DNA of 24,897 nt, from IMG/VR virus record IMGVR_UViG_3300025018_000511, positions 1 to 24,897 of that record. One strand, written 5' to 3'. Shown piece by piece: positions 1-8,818 of this stretch (its first letter is position 1; every line of letters begins with the position of its first letter). The DNA is from a virus. Its lineage: Duplodnaviria; Caudoviricetes. The notes beneath the pieces are model-generated. The model ran no database searches. It worked only from the letters and a program-made list of their open reading frames with translations, and was not told the DNA's origin. The position numbers and the translations under genes are program-made.

Positions 1-747
1 CCCGTCGGCGGACACGACCGCCAGGACGTAGCCCGCTTCCGCCCCGCTCTCGATATCGAGGCCAGCGGGCAGAAGACGCTGCACGATGGGAGAGCCATCC
101 GCATCATCGACCGAAGCCCCGGCCGGGATGAGCATGTCGAAGAACACGAAGCGGACGCCCCCACCAGGTGCATCCTTGAGCCCGCCAGCCACACGAGTTT
201 CGTCGGCATTGGTGAAGGCGATGTGCCATCCATCCGGTCGGTCGCTTAGCCGGGCCGCAATGTCCTGCAGCGTCTGCACGAGCGTCGCGATCGCCGCGGC
301 TTGGGCCGTGCTCAACGGTTTGTCGACATCCGACGTATTGTCGACGTTGGGCAGCTCGACCATGGACTTGGTGATGCCGCTGACAATGCCGGTGAAGGTC
401 GGATCGTTGATTGGTGCTTTCGCCGCCAGCAATGAATCGTCGAGCCCTGAGCTGGGCAGGTCACCGATGCGCGACCAGGAGCCTGCGCCGCTGGCGCCAG
501 CCTTCTTGTAGGTGCCTATGAAGCCGGATGTCGCATCACCCCAGACCGTACCGATGGCGCCTTCCGGCCAGGCGAGGTTAGCATAAAGTGTGCTTCGGTT
601 CTGATAGGAGGGACCAACCAGCGTGCTGATCGTTGCCACAAGGCGACCGAGTTCGATGCGTACGGTATCGCCATTGCGGCCGCCGATCACCTCGTCGAAG
701 GTCGCAGCACTTGCCAGCTCGGTTGTTCTCACGCCATTTTCCGCCAT
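1..747 (-). CDS. Tail fibre / receptor-binding protein, N-terminal part (runs off window; not in ORF track)
   Basis: Manual translation from ATG 747 (MAENGVRTTELASAATFDEV...) is open to the window edge; contains fibre repeat KAPINDPTFTG..ITKSMVELPNVDNTSDVDKPLSTAQ; GAGGG RBS at 756-752; follows TipJ. Confidence 0.85.
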   Translation of the reverse strand, partial: MAENGVRTTELASAATFDEVIGGRNGDTVRIELGRLVATISTLVGPSYQNRSTLYANLAWPEGAIGTVWGDATSGFIGTYKKAGASGAGSWSRIGDLPSSGLDDSLLAAKAPINDPTFTGIVSGITKSMVELPNVDNTSDVDKPLSTAQAAAIATLVQTLQDIAARLSDRPDGWHIAFTNADETRVAGGLKDAPGGGVRFVFFDMLIPAGASVDDADGSPIVQRLLPAGLDIESGAEAGYVLAVVSADG

Positions 748-756
748 GTCACCCTC

Positions 757-780
757 GCGATTGTCCAGCCGGACAATCGC
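757..780. repeat. Perfect 10-bp inverted repeat overlapping the -10 element and abutting the RBS
   Basis: GCGATTGTCC (757-766) AGCC GGACAATCGC (771-780). Confidence 0.9.
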
Positions 781-823
781 CTAAGCGGGCAGCCACGTCC
801 GCCCGCAAGGGCTTGCGGGGTGG
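766..823 (-). promoter_or_regulatory. Putative activator-dependent late promoter for tail fibre gene
   Basis: Dyad CCGCAA-GGGC-TTGCGG at 803-818; -10-like GATTGT at 778-773; same geometry as sites at 13819 and 22258. Confidence 0.75.
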
Positions 824-824
824 A

Positions 825-3800
825 TCAGATGATGCGGGCGGCGAAGGGGCCCGCGATGGGCCCGGGAATGCCCGCGGCGGTCTGGGGTTCGAGGTAATAG
901 TCCCAGTTGCCCTGGGCCACGCATGCATCCGTCGCCGTGTAGACGACCACGTCGTCGATGGACCCGTCGAAATTCGAGGAGGCCTCGAAGCCGAAGGCAC
1001 TGTTGCCCGCGCCGCTCGTGATGCTGTCGAGATGTTGGGTGTTGGTGGCCTTGGCCGTGCCCGTCTGCTCGGTCCCGCCAAAGAGCTTTGCCGTGACGCT
1101 GCCCGTGGTGCGCCCGGATATCCGGAAGGAGATGCGCTGGACCTTGGCTGCAGCGGGGCTTCGCGACTGGCGGATCGTGTCGGCGGCACCGGGCGTGTGG
1201 GTTGCCGTGCCGCCGCCGATGGCCCAGTTGGCATCGAGCGTCCAGGAGGCCCCGCTGTCAAAGCCCGCATTCACCAGCCCATTCCGGCGGGTGCCGTCGC
1301 CGTCGATGTAAGTGACCGTGGCAGAAGGCGTGACGCCGAACGGCGCCCCCGCCTTGTGGACTGCGCGGTTCAACGTATCGCCTGCGGGAACGCGGTAGAG
1401 CTGAATGCGCTTCGTCACCCGGTCGGCCGAAAGCGCCACGCGGACCTCGGCATTGCCAAGCCCGCCGGTGACCTCGATCCCGTTGCTGTCGAGCGCCGCG
1501 GGCAGTGCGGGCTCGGTCTGGCCGATCGTGACTGTCAGGGTAGGCGTATAGGTGCCGGGTGTGCCATCGGTTGCGATGCTGCGCGCCCGCAGGTTCACGG
1601 TATTGCCGCTGGTATAGCCGGGGATGGCAGCGCCGCCTTCGGCCACCGGCACGGTGATCGTGGTCCAGGTTCCGGCACCCACGAGGCGGTGATCGATCTC
1701 GTAGTTCGCCAGGATCGCAGCCGATGACGTGCCGGGCAAGAGAAGCACGGCAAGCCCGTTGGAACTGCCAGTGCCCGCCTCGCCGCTTTCGACCGAGACG
1801 AAGCGCGGCGCTGGTGGCGTGACCGCGGCGGGCGTCACCTCGTCGCCAACACGACCGTCCCAGGCAGGGGGCACTTCGGCATCGGTCAGATCGTCGATGA
1901 TCGTGGCGGCCGCCACCATGGTCAGGCGCGAGGCGAAGTTCTCGCCCGCCTCGATCCCCTTGACCCGGACCGCGAAGCTCTCGGTCGCCAGCTGCCCGAA
2001 ATGCACAAGCGCCCCGACCGCCGGCAGCGCGCCGGTGCCCGAAAGCCGCAAAAGGTTCGAGCTGCCCGTTCGATACGGGACATTGCGCACCACCGAAGCG
2101 CCGATCACGTCGTCAGGGTCAGGATATGTGCGGAAGCGGATCCCGTGGGTCACGGCCTCCGTCATGGTGATCTCTTCGTCGATCTCCACCAGGTTGCCCA
2201 CGACTGCCGTCACCCTGGCCGTCACCTGCGACCGTGCCAGGACGTCGGTGTTGAGCATGACCAGGTCGCCGCGCGTGGCCACGCGGGATGCGCCATCCTG
2301 GACGGCGGTGAAGATGTCGGAGCGGTGGATCAGCTCGTACATGCGGCGGCGCGTCTCGCGCCAGATTTCATCGGGGTCGGTCTTGCCGGGCAGCGCGAGG
2401 GTCTCGGTCAGGGTGATCGGCCCCGTGTGGCCCGGCCAGGGCACAATGCGTTCGGCCTGTTCATACTGGGCGGTCTCGTCGGCGAAGGTGACGCGAATGG
2501 CATGGGGCGGCTCGAAATACTGCCGCGCCCAGGTGAACTCCGCGCTGTTGCGCGGGTTGATGTGGTCGATGACCATTTCCTGCGGGCGGTCGATGACCAC
2601 GCCCCATTTCAGGCCATCATGGCGGAAGGTCGCGCGGCCGGCCGCGCAGATCGCGGCCTGCATTTCGGCCAAGCTCTCGGGCTCGTCATGGACGCGGTCG
2701 TATTTGAGACCCTTCGTGGCGCAGAACTGGAACCAGTCCCGGATGAGGTCCCAGTCGATCTCTGAATCGCTGACTGGATACGGGTTGGCCGGGCCGCGCA
2801 GCGCGCTGAGAAAGGCGGTGGCCGGGTTCCGGCTCAGCCCTTCGACCCAGGCGCTGCCGTTCCAGATCAGCCCGTAGTGCCGCACCAGCCCATTGAAATT
2901 GTCGAGCGACCCGTTCAGCTGGTAGGTCGCCTTGATGCGCAGCGCCACCAGCGCCATCGGCTTGCCGATATTGACGGGATATTCGGGCCGGATGGATTGC
3001 ACGGCCGAGAGCACGGCGCGGTCCGAGATCGTGGTGTCGGCGCTGTCATCCGTCATCCGCATCACCTCGATCTGCCAGCGTCCGCGCGAGGGCGGATCCC
3101 AGCTGTGCTGGCGCAGGAAGCTCTCGCGTTTGGCGGCGGTGATGGCGAGGGTGGTGACAGTCGTCCAGTCACCACTGCCGTTCAGCCGCTGGCGGATGCG
3201 GAGCGAAACGGTTTGATTGCGCACCTCCCCATCATCATCGACACGGAAGAGGCCCGCAGGAAAGCCGATGAGTACCGAGATCGTCTTGGTGTCGGAGGCG
3301 GTGAACCGCAGGACGGGCGTGGCGATCGAGGGGCCCGCGATGATTTCGCCCGCGTCATCGCGCGGCAAGGGGCGGATCAGTTCCACGCCGGTGCTCTCCT
3401 CGAGCACCTGGCGGGGATAGAGCGTCAAAGGCGCATCACCCGGGCGGCCTTCGCGGATCTCGATCTCGACCTCGTCATAGGAGGTGATCGCGGTTTCGCC
3501 CAGGCGCAGGTCGGTGAGGTCCACCGGGCCATAGCCGAAGCAGAAGAGCGCGCGGACATATTGGATGTCGCCCAGGACCTCGGTGTAGGAGGTGGCGGCG
3601 AAGGGCGGGGAATAGCGGTGGCGGCCAAGTGCAAAGGGCACCGGCGCGCCGGGCCGGATCTCGTTGCGCCAGCCGGTGATGGAGAAGGTGTTGCGCCGAT
3701 CGGTCGAGGGCGGGACCTGGGCGGGCACGAGGGCATTGACGAGGAAACTGCCGACCACGGTCAGCCCGGCCGAGACGAGCGCCACACCGAAGGAGCCTGT

Positions 3801-4142
3801 CACGCCGATCAGGCCCGCCACCGCAGGGGCCAGCGCCAGGGCCGCGACCGAGACGACGGCCAGCAGGACGCTGCGCAGATCATCCCCACCCGGCACCGCC
3901 CGGATCACGACCCGCACGCCCGGGCGCGGACGGACTCGGGCCCACAGGTGGGATGCCACCGGCACGGCCCCGTGATCGGACACCAGCATGACGCGCAGAT
4001 GATCGTGACACCCCGGCCCGCGGCCGGGCATCGCCTGGGCCACGATGTTTGCGAGCGTGGTGCCAGGTGCCACTTCGAAGTCGATCCGGCCATGGGAAGG
4101 ATCAAGGAGCGGGGCTGACAGGACGGGGATCATCGGGCTCAT
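825..4142 (-). CDS. Tail tip / host specificity protein (TipJ-like, central fibre), 1105 aa
   Basis: N-terminal lambda gpI-like segment then GAPVPFALGRHRYSPP and LFCFGYGP motifs, SRNPA motif, FN3-like C-terminal domains; position after NlpC/P60 gene. Confidence 0.9.
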   Translation of the reverse strand: MSPMIPVLSAPLLDPSHGRIDFEVAPGTTLANIVAQAMPGRGPGCHDHLRVMLVSDHGAVPVASHLWARVRPRPGVRVVIRAVPGGDDLRSVLLAVVSVAALALAPAVAGLIGVTGSFGVALVSAGLTVVGSFLVNALVPAQVPPSTDRRNTFSITGWRNEIRPGAPVPFALGRHRYSPPFAATSYTEVLGDIQYVRALFCFGYGPVDLTDLRLGETAITSYDEVEIEIREGRPGDAPLTLYPRQVLEESTGVELIRPLPRDDAGEIIAGPSIATPVLRFTASDTKTISVLIGFPAGLFRVDDDGEVRNQTVSLRIRQRLNGSGDWTTVTTLAITAAKRESFLRQHSWDPPSRGRWQIEVMRMTDDSADTTISDRAVLSAVQSIRPEYPVNIGKPMALVALRIKATYQLNGSLDNFNGLVRHYGLIWNGSAWVEGLSRNPATAFLSALRGPANPYPVSDSEIDWDLIRDWFQFCATKGLKYDRVHDEPESLAEMQAAICAAGRATFRHDGLKWGVVIDRPQEMVIDHINPRNSAEFTWARQYFEPPHAIRVTFADETAQYEQAERIVPWPGHTGPITLTETLALPGKTDPDEIWRETRRRMYELIHRSDIFTAVQDGASRVATRGDLVMLNTDVLARSQVTARVTAVVGNLVEIDEEITMTEAVTHGIRFRTYPDPDDVIGASVVRNVPYRTGSSNLLRLSGTGALPAVGALVHFGQLATESFAVRVKGIEAGENFASRLTMVAAATIIDDLTDAEVPPAWDGRVGDEVTPAAVTPPAPRFVSVESGEAGTGSSNGLAVLLLPGTSSAAILANYEIDHRLVGAGTWTTITVPVAEGGAAIPGYTSGNTVNLRARSIATDGTPGTYTPTLTVTIGQTEPALPAALDSNGIEVTGGLGNAEVRVALSADRVTKRIQLYRVPAGDTLNRAVHKAGAPFGVTPSATVTYIDGDGTRRNGLVNAGFDSGASWTLDANWAIGGGTATHTPGAADTIRQSRSPAAAKVQRISFRISGRTTGSVTAKLFGGTEQTGTAKATNTQHLDSITSGAGNSAFGFEASSNFDGSIDDVVVYTATDACVAQGNWDYYLEPQTAAGIPGPIAGPFAARII

Positions 4143-4567
4143 GGGACGGCCTTCAACGGGGCTTCAACGGGCCTGCAAACATGGCGAAACGCACCGACGA
4201 ACCGTCCGGCAAAGCGTGGCCGTGTCATCGGTTCGACCTTTGCATGATCGCCGCTCTGCATGTGGATGAAGGCGCGCGCACCGATGGCGATGCCGATGTG
4301 GGACTGATGGGCACCCCGGCGGAACAGGAGGAGGTCGAAGGCCGCGATCTGGTCGACCGGCGTCCAGGGGCCGCGGCGCTCCACATCGATCAACGCGGCC
4401 AGCTCGGCCGTCTCGCCCGCACTGGCATAGGCTTCGGCGTAGCTGGGCAGCTCGATCGACAGCTCGTCCGAATAGATCAGCCGCGCGAGACCCCAGCAAT
4501 CGCAGCCGGCCCGCGTCCGCCCGCGATCGAGGAAGGGGATGCCCACATAGCGGCTGGCCCAGTTCAT
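4139..4567 (-). CDS. NlpC/P60 (C40 peptidase) tail assembly protein, 142 aa
   Basis: YVGIPF..GR...GCDCWGL catalytic Cys motif, HIGI and FIH His motifs; ATG 4567 overlaps the upstream stop. Confidence 0.92.
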   Translation of the reverse strand: MNWASRYVGIPFLDRGRTRAGCDCWGLARLIYSDELSIELPSYAEAYASAGETAELAALIDVERRGPWTPVDQIAAFDLLLFRRGAHQSHIGIAIGARAFIHMQSGDHAKVEPMTRPRFAGRFVGAFRHVCRPVEAPLKAVP

Positions 4568-5088
4568 CGGAAGAGCCCCGGAAACCTGTCCTTGGTGAAG
4601 CGGTCCATCGGCACCGTCTCGTCCTCGATCGGCGCGCGGCTGATCTGGAGGGATATTTCGCCGGCATTCCCTTCCGCCCCGATGATGCGCAGGTCGCGGT
4701 ATTCGACCTCGACAAGGTCGGGCGAGGAGGCCAGCACCACGGCCATGTGCACCACCGGCCTGTCCGTGAAACTCCGCAGCACGCCCGCCAGCCGGCTGTC
4801 GACGTTTTCCAGCACGATGACGGCCGCCGCCGGCGTGTCTTCGAGGTCGCTCGGCAGATCGGCCGAGGCCAGTACGAAGAGAAAGGGCTCGGTCAGCGGG
4901 TTCGACTCCATCCATGTGGAGAGGGTGCCGTAGCGCAGGGGCTCGGTCGAGAGCCGGAAGGTCGGATCGGTGGACAGGCGGATGCGGGCATCGAGCGAGG
5001 GATGCTCGATCATGAAGAGCGCGATCTCGACCTCGGCCGTCGTGGGCGCATCGAAGGCCGCGCGGGCGTTTAGGGAGACGCGCCTCAT
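4564..5088 (-). CDS. Minor tail protein, DUF1833-like, 174 aa
   Basis: MRRVSLNAR..IEHPSL..FTKDRFPGLF pattern; synteny between distal tail gene and NlpC/P60; ATGA overlap. Confidence 0.8.
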   Translation of the reverse strand: MRRVSLNARAAFDAPTTAEVEIALFMIEHPSLDARIRLSTDPTFRLSTEPLRYGTLSTWMESNPLTEPFLFVLASADLPSDLEDTPAAAVIVLENVDSRLAGVLRSFTDRPVVHMAVVLASSPDLVEVEYRDLRIIGAEGNAGEISLQISRAPIEDETVPMDRFTKDRFPGLFR

Positions 5089-5507
5089 GGCATCACCGAG
5101 ACGGAGAATGCGATGCGGAACCGCACGCCCTGGATGGTCTCGACGGGCGGCTCGGCCCCGAAGAGGCAGACCCACTGGCGCGCGAGAAGGATCGGCAGCC
5201 CGCCTCCGGTCAGAACGGGTACGCCACCCGATGTAAGGAGCGGCCAGCCGTCGGTCGTGGGATCGGGCATATTGAAGGGCAAGCTACCCATGGCGGTGGT
5301 CTCTTCGAAGAACTGGTCGAAGACGCCCTTGCCGAGGCGTGGCACGTCGATCGTGAGGGCCACCTGGCGGGCGACGGCGGAATAGCGGCGACGATACCCG
5401 GGCGGGCCGTTGGCGGCATTCTTGCGCAGGCGCGGATCGTCCCATTGCCCCTGAAACCCCTGGCGCATGGGTTTCGGGAGCTCGGAGGGCCAGACGGGCA
5501 GGGTCAT
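5085..5507 (-). CDS. Minor tail / distal tail protein, 140 aa
   Basis: WPSELPKP..GPPGYRRR..FFEETT..GSLPFNMPDP pattern; immediately after tape measure. Confidence 0.75.
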   Translation of the reverse strand: MTLPVWPSELPKPMRQGFQGQWDDPRLRKNAANGPPGYRRRYSAVARQVALTIDVPRLGKGVFDQFFEETTAMGSLPFNMPDPTTDGWPLLTSGGVPVLTGGGLPILLARQWVCLFGAEPPVETIQGVRFRIAFSVSVMP

Positions 5508-8119
5508 CGCAGCGTCCCCCTGGGTTTCACGCCAAAGCTGTTGCGCAGCGTTCTGTTGGCGCCGCCGCCCTTGGTGGTCAGCGCTTCGCCCACGGCATCG
5601 GCCATGATGAGCCGCGAGCGACGGCGGCCACTGGCATCGACCTCGTCACGCTGCTCGAAGGAGACCTTGCCCGATGTCCGGTCTTCGATCACCACGAGCG
5701 GGCCGTCATAGGCGGAGCTGGCCCGCCCGCCGCCGATCATCCCGCCGGTCGCATAGCCCGGGATCGCGCCCCCGCCGTTCATCGCCTCGAGGAGGTGGCG
5801 GTGCTGGCGGGTCGCGCGGGCGTTCATGATCATTTCACCCGAGGAGCCGAACATCAGCACATCGTCAGAGGTCCCGTCGCCCCGGCCGTGGATATAGGCC
5901 CCCGTGGCTGCCCCGGGGATCGGCACGGGCGTGGGGGCAAGGCTCGGGAAAACGCCGCGCAGGAGCGTGTCGAGGATCCCGCTGCCCGCCGTGCCGAACA
6001 GGCCCGCGAGCGGCCCCTCGCCCAGAAGGGCCGCCTGCAGCACCGCCTCGCGGATCATGTCGGCCACGCCGCCCATCACATCGCTGAGCGTGGCGCCTTT
6101 GCGGGTCATCTCGTCGATGATGTCGAAGGAGCTTTGCCGCACGAAATCCCAGGTTTCGGCCTGGGCCTCGGCCGCGCGGGTTTCGGCCTCGCGCGCGGTG
6201 ATCAGGGCCTCGACCTCCGCCCGCTCGGCGCTGGTGGCGGCCGACAGAGCCTCGCGGTGGCGCAGCATCTCTTGCTGGACCGGATCGGTCTCGCGCAGGA
6301 TCGCCAGTTCGTCTTCGAGGCTCGCGATCAAGTCGTCGACCGCGTCACGCTGCTTTTGCAGGTCGCTTTCCGCGCCGCCACCGCCGCGGGCGCCCCCTGC
6401 AGCAGGCCTGCGGCTCTCCATCTGGGCGTCGATCTGTTCCTGGAGTGATGCGCCGGCACGTAGTTCGGCTTCAAGGGCCGCGAATTCCTGCTGGGCGGCC
6501 GCTCGGACGATTGCGTCACCGGAACCGAAGGCATCCCGGTTGCGGTACCGCTCCTCGGAAAGCCGGGCCTCGGCTGCGGCAGTTGCGACGCTCTCGCCTG
6601 CAGCCAGCGCTTCGAGTCGTGCCCTGTTGCCCACATTCGTGACAGTGGCACTCGGGACGGCCGACCGGATGCCGGCAATAGCCGCTGCCGCTGCCTCAAG
6701 GTTCGCTGCCATGCGGGCGGCTTCAGACGCAGCCGCAGATATCGGGGCTGCGATCGGTGCACCCGCCATCATCTGCATTATGTCGAAGGACAGCCTCAGT
6801 TCATCCTTCAGCGCTGCGGACGCCGTCGATGTATTCAGCATCGCGTCGAATGCGCGGCGCTCCTGCGCAGCCCGTTCCTCCGTGACTTGCCTGCTGTCTT
6901 CGCCGTAACGCGCAATGAGTGTGGCCAGCGTCGCTTGTTCGGACATGCTTTGCAGCATCGCGCGGCCAGCGGCTTCGTCGCTGACCTGCCGACGTGCGGC
7001 CTGTTCGGCTGCCTGCGCCTCGGCAGTGGCCACGTCGCGCATCAAGGCGACACGCTGAGCATTTGCCCCAATATCAGCCAGGTTCGCCCAGTCGGGTGTG
7101 ACCTCAGCAGCCTCGTCGATCTTCACGCCCAGAATGGTCATGTCGCGGATGACCGCCGCCAGGCCTTCGCTGAATTCGCGCTGCCGCGATGTCATGTTCG
7201 CGATCCCGCCGGAATTGGCTTGCAGGAATTCGCGCAGGTCCATGGCGGCCTGAAGGCGGACTGCGGGATCTACCGCCTCGTCCATCAATGCGATGTTTCG
7301 CGACAGCTCGACCCGCATATCGCGCGCACTGGAGCCGATGCTGCCAAGGTTGAAGAAGCGGGTCGCCCCACCGTTCATGTCGAAGACCATGTCCCGCAGC
7401 GACTCGGTCACAGCGTCGATGCCCTCGAAAGCTTCCAGCCGGCCGATCTGGGCGAGGTCTTCGAGAACAGCCCGCAATGCCGGGCTGGCAGTTCCGAACT
7501 CGTCCACCATTTGCGCGGTCGACAGTCGGGCCCGGTCGGACGCGTCACCGAACGCTTCGATGGCATCCGTGCTTTGATCGATCAGATCGGTCAGTTCGAC
7601 CGCGTCCCCGTGGCTGGATGTGAGCCACTGGAACATGGCGGCACCGGCTGCAATCGTCGCAAAGGTGATTAAGTTGATCGGTGACAACATCTGCATGAAG
7701 GCACCGCCCAGCGCCCTTACAGCGCCGGCCGCCCCCATCGGCCCGATCACCTGGTTGATCTGGGCGCCCTGCTGGATGGCCAGCTGCAGCGGGTTCTGGC
7801 CCGCCGCCATCATTACGCCGATGTCGTTGAACTGGGCAAAGAGGTTGCCCACCGATCCGGCAGCGACACGGTTGTTCTGGGCGACGGCATCCGCCGAAGC
7901 CGCCGCGCGCACCTGAGCGGCCGCCAGTGCTTCCACTTGTGCTTCCGCCTGAGCTGCGGCCGAGCCAAGCCCACGCGTGCCTGCCGCGGCCGTCGCGCCC
8001 TTGCGGCCCAGTGTCTCGGCAGATGCGCCCGCCTTGACCTGGGCGGCGGCCAGGCCGTCGATCTCCGCCTTCGCGGCCTTGCCGTCGGCCGAGAAGACCA
8101 TGCTGACGCGATAGCTCAT
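5504..8119 (-). CDS. Tail tape measure protein, 871 aa
   Basis: Ala-rich helical protein with lambda-type TMP motif NLFAQFNDIGVMMAAGQNPLQLAIQQGAQI and C-terminal G.GDGTSDD..SSGE motif; ATG 8119 overlaps the chaperone stop. Confidence 0.93.
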   Translation of the reverse strand: MSYRVSMVFSADGKAAKAEIDGLAAAQVKAGASAETLGRKGATAAAGTRGLGSAAAQAEAQVEALAAAQVRAAASADAVAQNNRVAAGSVGNLFAQFNDIGVMMAAGQNPLQLAIQQGAQINQVIGPMGAAGAVRALGGAFMQMLSPINLITFATIAAGAAMFQWLTSSHGDAVELTDLIDQSTDAIEAFGDASDRARLSTAQMVDEFGTASPALRAVLEDLAQIGRLEAFEGIDAVTESLRDMVFDMNGGATRFFNLGSIGSSARDMRVELSRNIALMDEAVDPAVRLQAAMDLREFLQANSGGIANMTSRQREFSEGLAAVIRDMTILGVKIDEAAEVTPDWANLADIGANAQRVALMRDVATAEAQAAEQAARRQVSDEAAGRAMLQSMSEQATLATLIARYGEDSRQVTEERAAQERRAFDAMLNTSTASAALKDELRLSFDIMQMMAGAPIAAPISAAASEAARMAANLEAAAAAIAGIRSAVPSATVTNVGNRARLEALAAGESVATAAAEARLSEERYRNRDAFGSGDAIVRAAAQQEFAALEAELRAGASLQEQIDAQMESRRPAAGGARGGGGAESDLQKQRDAVDDLIASLEDELAILRETDPVQQEMLRHREALSAATSAERAEVEALITAREAETRAAEAQAETWDFVRQSSFDIIDEMTRKGATLSDVMGGVADMIREAVLQAALLGEGPLAGLFGTAGSGILDTLLRGVFPSLAPTPVPIPGAATGAYIHGRGDGTSDDVLMFGSSGEMIMNARATRQHRHLLEAMNGGGAIPGYATGGMIGGGRASSAYDGPLVVIEDRTSGKVSFEQRDEVDASGRRRSRLIMADAVGEALTTKGGGANRTLRNSFGVKPRGTLR

Positions 8120-8493
8120 GTCCTTGTCCTTGCCTCTGCCATGGCGGCCAGCGCGCCCGCCTCGATCGCCTGCACCCGCCCCCAGAGGTCGGGCGTCACC
8201 ATCACGCCGGCCATCTCGAGTCCGGCCCGCGCGCCGGCGTAGTCGAGCCCCGTGCGGATCAGCCCCATGTCGCCCATCGCCGCGCGCCACTGGGTGGCGA
8301 TCGCCAGAAAGGCCAGGGCCGCATCCGCATTCTCGGCCCAGACCCCGTCTTCATCGCGGTTGGCCTCGCGCAGGTCTGCCTCCGACAGGTCGATCCCGAA
8401 GCGCGCGGCATCGGAGAGCGCTTCGTCATCGGGCCGCCCCGCCGCGCCTAGCCTGCCCTCCGCCCAGGCGCGACCGACCCATCTCAGTTTCCC
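8116..8493 (-). CDS. Tail assembly chaperone GT, C-terminal part (DUF1799-like), reached by -1 frameshift
   Basis: VWAENADAALAFLAIATQWR..GLDYAG..VQAIEAGAL motif; lies in the -1 frame relative to the upstream chaperone. Confidence 0.85.
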   Translation of the reverse strand, partial: GKLRWVGRAWAEGRLGAAGRPDDEALSDAARFGIDLSEADLREANRDEDGVWAENADAALAFLAIATQWRAAMGDMGLIRTGLDYAGARAGLEMAGVMVTPDLWGRVQAIEAGALAAMAEARTRT

Positions 8494-8807
8494 GAGCGGC
8501 CCTTGCTGAGTGCGGCCCAATAGGCGCGGTAGAGCGCCATGCGGATATGCTGCCAGCCCAGAAGCTCGTCGCGCACCGCCACGGAATAGGCGAGCGGCTT
8601 GTCCTCGAGGTCGACCAGGTCGTGCAGTTCCACGATCACGTCGCGCAGGAAGGTCTTGAAGCCCTCTGCGGAATTGAAGTCATGGGCCGTGGCCTCCTCA
8701 TCGGGGATTGCCCGAAAGGTCGCCTTGAGCGTCTGGGTGTCGGTCGCACCCTCGAGCGCAATGGGCACCTCGATCGTGAAGGTGGGGCGGGCGTTGATCT
8801 TGAACAT
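8484..8807 (-). CDS. Tail assembly chaperone G, 107 aa
   Basis: MFKINARPTFTIEVPI...; GAGGAG RBS; between tail tube and tape measure; ends in slippery site. Confidence 0.85.
   Translation of the reverse strand: MFKINARPTFTIEVPIALEGATDTQTLKATFRAIPDEEATAHDFNSAEGFKTFLRDVIVELHDLVDLEDKPLAYSVAVRDELLGWQHIRMALYRAYWAALSKGRSGN
8487..8493 (-). other. -1 programmed ribosomal frameshift heptamer G GGA AAC
   Basis: TCG GGA AAC TGA at chaperone 3' end; X XXY YYZ slip gives GGG AAA CTG (GKLRW...) in the DUF1799-like frame. Confidence 0.85.
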
Positions 8808-8818
8808 CGCGTGTCTCC

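Noticed and set aside
802-819. CCCGCAAG-GG-CTTGCGGG as a terminator
   Set aside because: No U-tract, 2-nt loop, and fixed spacing to a -10 in three copies fits an activator site better
8120-8290. Upstream extensions in the ORF track for TMP (and likewise gpG, gpI, terS, NlpC/P60, DUF1833)
   Set aside because: Overlap upstream genes; coupled starts or RBS support the shorter calls
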